Source: Paraphysomonas bandaiensis | Lineage: Eukaryota > Protista > Chrysophyceae | DNA: 64,000 bases | Direction: 5' to 3' | Assembly (NCBI GenBank): GCA_965644295.1 | Contig: CBFFRP010000373.1 | Location: 1 to 64,000, forward strand | Shown: one piece after another, positions 1-9,065 of the stretch | Numbering within the stretch: position 1 is the first letter of the stretch | Layout of the letters: each line of letters begins with the position of its first letter | The notes under the pieces: model-generated | What the model saw: only the letters and a program-made list of their open reading frames with translations | What the model was told of the DNA's origin: nothing | The model's database searches: none | Made by a program: the position numbers and the translations under genes

Positions 1-366
1 ATCATCATCACCATCACCATTACAACTCTGGCATTTTGGCACTGGCTTTTTATAACATAAACTATATAATAAATTTTATTTTATAACTTTTTCTAATTTT
101 CATAAAAGCCAAAATGCCAGAAAGCCAAAATGCCAAAACTATATTTTTATTTTATTATAAGATAATTATTTAATATTATATAAAGTAATTAATTTTTATT
201 TAAAGTATAGTATTATTAATATTATTATATAAGATAATTATTATATTTAAAGAGAAAAGGAAAGAGTAATAAAACGAAGTTTTATTACGATACGAGAGCC
301 TTTCTGGCTCAGGAAGAATGCCTAAGCGGCTTAGAGCGACCCCTCGGCCCTTCGCCCTGTCTGTGT
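1..366. mobile_element. AT-rich, hairpin-rich end of an unidentified (virus-like) element running off the left edge; abuts a truncated Copia pol
   Basis: IR TCTGGCATTTTGGC 27-40 / GCCAAAATGCCAGA 108-121 with an extra unit at 124-135; extreme AT tract 140-250; hairpins at 266-288, 296-310 and 322-334; same layout as 26935-27390. Confidence 0.5.
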
Positions 367-912
367 GTCTCGTGCTTCTCGCGCTCTCGCGACTTCTACT
401 TTCGAATATTGGGCTTCGCGCTCCGCTACAGTCGTTACGTTGACTTTGGCCGTCGCCCAGTCGCGCATGTCGGCCACATACATCTTGTTCTTTCGATAGA
501 AAGTCAAATCACTGTCAGGTAAGTGGACAGTGAAAGACTCTCCCTGCCTATATGTCACTTCATATATGTCTTCTACGTCCGCCTGACATAGCACGCTTGC
601 CCTTAGCTCATCTGCTGTCTTACAGGTGAAGAATTGGTCTAGCTCGCCTACATTCGGTAGTTCCAGTGCGTGTCCCGATAATCCCGCCACGGTGCATCCT
701 TTGGACGCCGGTCTTACATTGTTCAGTAGTCTTGGGTGTACTACCGAGACATCCGCCTGGTTGTCGAGTAATACCTCGTACCATTGGAATGGCTCGCTTC
801 CTGACGTGAAGGCGTTCAACATTGTTGTCGTGCAGTGCTTGTTTTCTGATTCTTGGCTACTGTCTGGGCATTCGTTCATTCTGTGGCCTGGCTCACCGCA
901 GCCCCAACATAT
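331..912 (-). pseudogene. Truncated Copia pol fragment (CCHC knuckle + aspartic protease)
   Basis: The frame of ORF 331-879 extends upstream as QLICWGCGEPGHRMNECP; LDNQA protease motif; no integrase or RT follows. Confidence 0.75.
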
Positions 913-2129
913 GAGCTGCCTTTTTTCAGACCACGTTTGCTGTTGTGCGACTTCGTGTCGTTCCCTTGTTGCTGCTCTGGTGTATCATCGCTATCTGCTG
1001 ATTTCTTGCCTTTGTCAGACTTCGATTTGCTCACGAATGCGGATCCGCCGCCTGCTCTCGTTGCTCTCTTCGGCGTTAGATATTTTGATGCTTTAGTATA
1101 TATTTCATTTACGTGTGTAGGTGCTGCTTGCGTGCCCATTGTTAGATCGTTGAGATAGCTAGTTTTGAAATCGCCATATCTCGTGTCGTCCAGCCCTTCG
1201 AAGAAATCCATCGCGATGTCCTCTTCATTCATTTCCGCGTTGTTCATGTCTTTGTAGGCTTCTAATAGATGATCAAACCTCTCCTTATAAGTAACTATAC
1301 TCTCATATGCTCCCTGTTTAGCGTCTTTGTACCTTTTCCTCGCTTCTGCTCGTACCACTGTACTTACGCTGGAGTTAGTAGATACTTTGTGGGTTTGTTT
1401 GATAGCCAGCCATAGTAGTAGAGGATCCTTAGTCCTGTTCATGAGCTCGTATTCATCTAATAGCTTGACTGCATCCATTGATTCGTGGCTCAGATGGTCT
1501 ACCATGAATGAGTAGAATGCCGATCTATCGTTCCGCATCTTGTCTATTAATCTCCCTCTGGTCTTGGTCTTGTCCTTCATCAGGTCGAGGTTAACTCCAT
1601 AGGGGTCGTCTTCCAAATCAAAATCCTCTGGGTTTATCGCATCGGGCTCATAATATTTGTCCAGCTCTACTAGGCGTGCAAGATCACCGTACTTTTGCAT
1701 GCCCACCACTACAAGCCTCTGTTTGAATGTGGCGAAGTTCGAGTTGGCACCGTATCTTAAAGTCGGTACATGTTCTGGTCTATCGGTGCTCGGTTTCTTG
1801 CCGAATCTTGCAAATCTTGTTGGCTTGTCGTTCGTTGTCTTCTTCATAATTTCCTCTTACGCAGAGAAAAATACGGTACTCGGTCGAATGTTACGGATGT
1901 TACAAATCAATAAACGGACGGAATACCCCCGTTGCTTTCACACAGTCTACACTACAGGTAGTCAAAGCAAGGTTCTCTTTATAGTTTACTACAGAACTTC
2001 TCAGTAAGAGGAAATTATGCCTCTATTCTACAGCCGTACACTACACACTGCATAATATTACACCATACACCTCTATGTGCCCTATGCATATCTTATACAG
2101 TCACTTCAAGTACTAAACTGAAAAGAACA
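367..2129 (-). mobile_element. 3'-truncated Ty1/Copia LTR retrotransposon (putative 5' LTR about 1930-2129, gag, zinc knuckle, protease)
   Basis: Gag-like ORF 876-1847; CWGCGEPGHRMNEC knuckle; protease-like VLLDNQADVSV; typical TTVAEREAQYSKVEVARAREAR pre-integrase segment broken at about 367; LTR limits uncertain. Confidence 0.8.
876..1847 (-). CDS. Copia Gag-like protein (C-terminal knuckle is out of frame)
   Basis: 323-aa ORF with LWLAIK..H / QGAYESI..YKERF / FFEGLD..RY gag-type motifs, directly upstream of the protease ORF. Confidence 0.75.
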   Translation of the reverse strand: MKKTTNDKPTRFARFGKKPSTDRPEHVPTLRYGANSNFATFKQRLVVVGMQKYGDLARLVELDKYYEPDAINPEDFDLEDDPYGVNLDLMKDKTKTRGRLIDKMRNDRSAFYSFMVDHLSHESMDAVKLLDEYELMNRTKDPLLLWLAIKQTHKVSTNSSVSTVVRAEARKRYKDAKQGAYESIVTYKERFDHLLEAYKDMNNAEMNEEDIAMDFFEGLDDTRYGDFKTSYLNDLTMGTQAAPTHVNEIYTKASKYLTPKRATRAGGGSAFVSKSKSDKGKKSADSDDTPEQQQGNDTKSHNSKRGLKKGSSYVGAAVSQATE

Positions 2130-2147
2130 TCCTCTCATTCCTCTACG

Positions 2148-2897
2148 ATGTATGTATGTATGTATGTATGTATGTATGTATGTATGTATGTATGTATGTA
2201 TGTATGTATGTATGTATGTATGTATGTATGTATGTATGTATGTATGTATGTATGTATGTATGTATGTATGTATGTATGTATGTATGTATGTATGTATGTA
2301 TGTATGTATGTATGTATGTATGTATGTATGTATGTATGTATGTATGTATGTATGTATGTATGTATGTAGTATGTATGTATGTATGTATGTATGTATGTAT
2401 GTATGTATGTATGTATGTATGTATGTATGTATGTATGTATGTATGTATGTATGTATGTATGTATGTATGTATGTATGTATGTATGTATGTATGCATGTAT
2501 ATATGCCATGTATGTATGTATGTATGTATGTATGTATGTATGTATGTATGTATGTATGTATGTATGTATGTATGTATGTATGTATGTATGTATGTATGTA
2601 TGTATGTATGTATGTATGTATGTATGTATGTATGTATGTATGTATGTATGTATGTATGTATGTATGTATGTATGTATGTATGTATGTATGTATGTATGTA
2701 TGTATGTATGTATGTATGTATGTATGTATGTATGTATGTATGTATGTATGTATGTATGTATGTATGTATGTATGTATGTATGTATGTATGTATGTATGTA
2801 TGTATGTATGTATGTATGTATGTATGTATGTATGTATGTATGTATGTATGTATGTATGTATGTAGTATGTATGTATGTATGTATGTATGTATGTATG
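2148..2897 (+). repeat. (ATGT)n tetranucleotide microsatellite, about 750 bp
   Basis: Directly visible; interruptions near 2367, 2494-2508 and 2863. Confidence 0.99.
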
Positions 2898-2976
2898 CAG
2901 GTTGGTACGAAGTAGGTAAGTATGCTACTGTTTCACTGTTACTTAGCTCTCAAATCATACTATTTCTGTTCTGGCA

Positions 2977-3543
2977 ATGGGGTGCACTATTTCATCCGCA
3001 GGTCATAAGGGAGAAATACCTGAAGCTAGTAGTATCCCCATATCAGTTGTGAGCGGGGATTGTAAAGGTGGGCTTAAGGAGGTATCGTGTAGTCAGATAT
3101 CAGACAGAAGAGACTGGGAAGTCATACAAGGCGGAGACATAGGAATCGGGCCTGGGAGTTACTACACTGATGATGAGACAATATCGATTACTTCTCACAT
3201 AGCTTTCCCTGAAGAGAGTGATGTGTGGGAGTTTATTGATAGGTTCGAGCGCATGGAGAACGGTGTATATAACCCTGTCGTTATATTGGAGGTTCCTAAG
3301 GGAGATTCTATATTGATGAGAGCTCATCGTTTGAAATTTATGTATCAAAACCTGGATGGAAATACTGGAAACAGTCCCCGGGAGTTTGTCATGGCATGCA
3401 GAAATTTCTGTGGAGAGAATGTGCCGGATTCGAAAGTATATGTGCGCACTGCAGAATGGTGGAAAAACAAGAAAGTGGACAAGAATATTGTCCGTGCTAC
3501 CGGTGGTGGAGTGGCATTAGCACACGCCGTCCCCGTATCTTGA
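2977..3543 (+). CDS. Hypothetical 188-aa protein with an MGC N-terminus (possible myristoylation/palmitoylation)
   Basis: Single-exon ORF starting MGCTISS; normal composition; no family recognised. Confidence 0.6.
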   Translation: MGCTISSAGHKGEIPEASSIPISVVSGDCKGGLKEVSCSQISDRRDWEVIQGGDIGIGPGSYYTDDETISITSHIAFPEESDVWEFIDRFERMENGVYNPVVILEVPKGDSILMRAHRLKFMYQNLDGNTGNSPREFVMACRNFCGENVPDSKVYVRTAEWWKNKKVDKNIVRATGGGVALAHAVPVS

Positions 3544-3982
3544 GATATACTTTCCTGATAAGGACATTATATATGAGATATGTGCGTTGTAATATTTAAT
3601 ATTGTAATACTGTACGCCATTCGTCATTTCTACTTTTGGAATACGAGTGGAATGCGATTATAATAGTGTGGTGCGAATAATTATCGGTTTTATTTATAAT
3701 CACACTGCGTTAATATAAATTCTACATTCTACGATTTCGTTTCTACTCAGTTGGAGTTCATTCTGTTAATACTTCCGCAAACCATTTCTTTAGCTCTTCT
3801 GCTAAGCTACACAATTGCTGAAAACCTAGGTGTGGTCGTTTTGACTGCACTACACATCGATAGACAGTACATAAGTGCGGTATATTATTACATATAACAT
3901 CTGGAGCTGTGATGTATGGATTCAGTCATCCAGTACTAGTTCCACTGTCGCAGTGTGTAGAATACCAACCACATTCTAATCT

Positions 3983-5853
3983 TCAGATTCTACTCTTAAA
4001 CTTTTTGTCAAACGTCCAAGTGTTCACATCGGGAAGGTTCAGGTCGTTCTCGCCGAGGTCATTGAAGTATGTTTCGATTTTCTCAGGTGTGACTTCATGC
4101 AAAGAGCTAGGGTTCCATACAGGTGAGTTGTCTCGGTCCACAAGTAAAGCTCGGACACCCTCAGCGAAATCGTGTTCCCGCATGCATCCTTGAGAGAGTC
4201 GGTACTCCTACACACAAATTCGGTTCATCAGTTACATACGAATCTAACTAGTCGAGATAGCATAGCTATCACTCAGATCAACCACAAATCATAGGTTCAC
4301 AATATACAGCGTCATGAATGTACAATGCGCAGAACCTACCATGATCAAACATTCTCTCAGATTCTTATTGCGGCCCTGGGACAGCTGGGCAAGTGTCAGC
4401 TTAAGACTGCTGGGCGACATCTTGCGCAGTGACTACCATGGTAAATCGTAAGAGAAAAATTATATCATGCACAGTACATATGGCATAACAAACAGTTGAA
4501 TACAAAAAATGAAGCATATATATACCATATAATACAACGGTGTTTGTTGTACCTTTAGAGTGTTATTAGCCCATTGGTTCTCACCAGAGCCCACCTCCTG
4601 TACTAGTGCATCTAGAATATCTTCCACTCTATCTTTATTCGCAAAACAGCGCCTGGTACCACATACCACAACAATAAGATATGAAATGAAATTCACAGAT
4701 ATATATAATCATGCCCCTCAGTCTACGACTTACTCGATAGAATCGAGAGATCCAGGAAGTAGTGCATGACCAGCCTGCTCGCCAACATTAGCACTGGATC
4801 CTAGTGACGACAAAATCTCCTCCAGCGCAGATCGAGAGGCAGATCGATCCTCCGGAAGTGTCGACATTGCGTGCTCCAACTCTTCATACTTAGCACTATA
4901 TGTGATGATTACATGCAACATAACGGTGTGAGCTACCAATACAACTGCTAGATAACATATAGCAACTGTTATATACATCGCATTCAAATTGAAACCATGC
5001 CCTAATAAATATAGATGCTAATATACCTGGGCATGTAATGAGTCGCGATTCCTGTGAGGAGCAGGTCTGCGGCCTTGAGGCGGCAGCCAGTGAGCGCTGC
5101 CAGCACGTAAAGACAGTATAGTTATGGACACGCACATATTACCCACCTAAGTACGTCCCAACGCCACGAGGAAGGTGAGGCAGCCACGCGCTGCTTCCCA
5201 CATCAGGAAACAGTCCGATAGCTACAACAAGGCAGAGGAGATAATGACAACTGCACTCACAATTATGACGAGACACACTAACCAGTTTCCGGCATCGCAA
5301 ACATAGTCTTCTCTGTGGCGATCCTTACATCGCCGAATATTGACACGCCAACCCCTCCTCCCATGACAATTCCATCCCAAAATGAAACCTATATACTCGA
5401 GGTTAAATACCGCATACCTTGGAGTAACCAATGAGCTTACTTGAGGAATAGTTGAATTTGCAAGGGCGAAATTCATTTCGTACTCTTCCCTAAAGAAGTC
5501 AGCAGATGGCTCGCCACGAAGACCAATACCAATTCCAGAACCCTTTTCTTTGATGGCATTGTACATACTCTTGACATCACCTCCTGATAAGCTCTTTACG
5601 TAAGAAAAAACTCGCAGATCGATATATAAGTATGTGTACCTGCGCAGAAGGCTTTCGGTCCCTCTCCTCTCATAAGGATCGAAGACACGGATGAATCTTC
5701 CGCCCATGAGTCAATCAAGTCCTTAATTTCATTGCACATGGGTTTGTTCAATACATTCATCATCTTTTCTCGGCTTAAAATAATTTTACGCGACGAGCCC
5801 ATTGCACTCGACACAATGGCGTTAGATGACAATGCTGTAACTGTTCGTCGCAT
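3983..5853 (-). CDS. HIBCH: 3-hydroxyisobutyryl-CoA hydrolase, mitochondrial (multi-exon)
   Basis: Exon pieces KAFCAG|[31 protein letters not shown]|[30 protein letters not shown]. Confidence 0.93.
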
Positions 5854-7396
5854 GATTATGAAAGGGAGGGGTTGAAACTAGCTGAGTGAGGCGAGATAAG
5901 CCGAATGCTACACTGGTTCCAGAATGGAAGGTTGATTATACTCTTGTCGAATTATGAAGAGTGTCATAAATCTATGAGCTGCACTGTAACACACCAGCCG
6001 ACGTCAACAGTATACAGTACGGTATACCATAAAACTACGCACTATCGTAGGGCTACAGAGTGGTATATCTACGTATACGTTGTGTATACTGGTATACCGT
6101 GGTATCTAGAATCAAACAGAAGAGGAGTAAGAGGATATGTAGTACTGTCCAATGAGATTAATGAAATCTATCTTTGATTGGCTAATCGTACCTGAGCAAC
6201 TGTCAAGGTCGGGGCCGGGGTGGCCATTACTCTCAGCGAGCGTGTAAGGATGAGATGTCGTTATTCGAGCACTTTATGTCTAACCTAAATCGATGGATCC
6301 ATAGTGATCAGCTGTATGGGTAGCTCTGTATGACCAGTGACTTTCCCGGAAATACATAATAGATATCAGAAAACTCTAGACACTTTCACTTTATGACACC
6401 AGAGCAAAGTAGTTGGTATGTTACAGCACTATCTATATATAACTCCATTCGGAGCCTTTCTACTACGTAAGCTCTTCTTACTGATGATCATAGGTCAAGC
6501 CATACTCAGCTTTAACAAGTAGAACGCAATGAGAAATACTCTGAATGCGTTCTTTACTCTGTACTCTATTCTCCTCCTTTCCTTGAGTCAGCAGTTGCGA
6601 GAGCGCTAGTGATACGCTGAGGGAAGAGTGTGGAGCTGAGGAGTTCAATAAGCCGGTAAATGACACACACTCTAGTAGATGCAGCACAGTTGTTGAAGTT
6701 CCCGAATCTTCATGTAACACCAGTGACACCAATTACAAACCAACCCTGAAGAAACCATATGAACACGAGCTGAAGGATATTCTTCATCGATGCTACACAG
6801 TGCACCCATGATGTGCGTAAGCCATACAGAGATACCTCACTCGCGTAAGCACATTTAAAATAAAAATATTTCAACCTATTAAACTAGGTGTTAAGCTGTT
6901 AAGCTAAAATGTATTCTAAGTGCTTGGTTAGATTATTTATTGTGTCAAGGTACAGCCATCTTAACTGTTACTGCAACTTTAGAATTTACGGAAGACTTTC
7001 ATAGCAAACTTATGGAAAACTGAGAGCAGCTAGGCAGCTGGTGTGTTACATAGTTTACTGATATGATAAATGTACACATCTGTTATCAATTATAGCTTTA
7101 CACAGACGCTAAATTCGTTACTTAATGAATGCTCTGGCTGTCTTATGAAAATTTAAAGCATGCGAAATAATATTTGTAAACAAGTATTGAATCATAATGA
7201 TTTACTGGATGAATCTTTGAAAGGCCTCAACTAACGCGACTTGCCAGGGGAGCTGGGCCCTCATTTACTATTTCGTATATATTTGTTGGAAAACTGTAGA
7301 ATGCATGCTATACATTATACATACATTATTGTGCTGGAAGCATTATTAAGCGATGCAATGGCGCATCGAAATGTGATGATGTAAGTGATTCAATAT

Positions 7397-7480
7397 TGAA
7401 AGTCTTTTTATTTAGCAATAGGCGTTAGAAACCTGTTCCAATATAGTGGCTAGTTGAATGCTAGACATACTAGTTAGACC
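7397..7480 (-). mobile_element. Short LINE 3'-tail/SINE insertion with 15-bp TSD
   Basis: TAAGTGATTCAATAT at 7382-7396 and 7481-7495; body similar to 59872-59952 and 34069-34151. Confidence 0.85.
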
Positions 7481-7703
7481 TAAGTGATTCAATATCGCCA
7501 ATATGGGAAACATAAAATAGAGTATATCGTTAGCACATTCGTATTCGTCTGAAAAAATATGAGCCAGATAGATACCCGCATTCCACACCAGATGAAAATA
7601 TGTTCTTTATGATTACATGGTGTATACGCATCGATTTTTCAAACCATTATCCTTAAATATTCACAACATAAGAGATTAATAGAGAACAGATATGGGCCAA
7701 TAA

Positions 7704-8645
7704 TTATGGAAAATTATTTCCAGGAAGACTCTGTGCTTCCATTATCATGGATTGTTCTTTTTGCAAAACATTATTCCTTATTCCTAACGCTCTTTGTATC
7801 AGTGCGCGGCGCTCGCTCTTCGACCTTAATAACTGTTGCTGTATAGTAATATCAGCATATAGAGAACTAGGCTGTATTTGAGTACGGACAAACCTTTTCG
7901 TGGAGTCGTCGAGTTCGTATTGGCAGACCATCCACATCCAATTCGCTATTTCCAGTCAAATTAAGAGAGTGTAAATTGATCATCCGCTCAAACTGATCCC
8001 CCAATACTTTGATGTTGTTGTACGACAAGTCAACAACCTGAAGAGATCGCAGCTCGACAAAGCAAGCCGGTATCGTCCGCTACAGCATGTAGTAAGTAAA
8101 CATACACAGGAGAGGAAAAATGACTCACGAGCTCATTGTGACTTAGATACAAGAACTCGAGAAGAGGCAGCTTTGAGAGCTCGTCAGGTAAAACATCGAT
8201 GTGGTTCCAAGAGAAGTCTACGATCCGCAAATCATGAAGAGTGGAAAATTTTATATTGCTAATGCTAGTGAGTAAATTCTACAAAAAGCAATTAACACAG
8301 AGATAGCTACATACAACTTAATCACTCACTCTACTCATATCAAGTTGTTCGATGAGTCGGAAATGTTGAAGTGATGAAATTTCAACGAATTTGTTTTTGC
8401 TCGCCTTTAGTACTTTTAAATTAGCAAACCCTAACACTTCTATTGGCCAACACGAAATATCTAAATCTGATAAGTCGAGTGTATGCTGCCGACTTCGTTC
8501 GCACTTATCGATTCGTTCAATCAACTACGAAAAATGCATCAGTTCGTCAATACTTATGACTACAATACCTACATTTTTGTCGACGTTGAGCTTCTCTGCT
8601 TGTTTTCTCGCCTTCCGCATTGCTGTGTGAGATAACCGAAAACTA
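7704..8645 (-). CDS. Leucine-rich-repeat protein (multi-exon; start not resolved)
   Basis: LDLSDLDI, LKVLKASKNKF, LDMSR|NLL, LRIVDFSWNHI, LEFLYLSHNEL repeats split by short introns. Confidence 0.8.
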
Positions 8646-9065
8646 CCTTTAAACTAATTTATACTAGTGCACAGGTCAATAAACCGGAATGTTTTGGTCA
8701 ATTGTCCCTGTAGTGGTACTCTCTGCTGTTAGTCGCCTTTGAGTTTATTGTAATAGCTGTGATGAAACATACATACACTCCTATGCTGCACATGGACACT
8801 GAAGAGGTAGATGTAACGACACACGCTCTGTGCTGCCTATACAGTATACAGTGTTATACGGCATGTATTATACCGGTATTCGACATAAACCAGAAATGGT
8901 ACACTTTTGGGGAGAATATTCCTGCTTTTGAGGTAAACTCGCAAAATCTGCTTGTCGAATGCACCCTTCCAGGACATCACGAAGCACGAAGCACGATTCA
9001 ATGAAGTGGAAGTGGAAGTTAGTCGACGTGGATGGTGATGTTGTGTAGCTGACACCACAGTCTCC

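Noticed and set aside
2135-3052. Long MYVC/YIHT ORFs
   Set aside because: Artefacts of the stop-free (ATGT)n microsatellite
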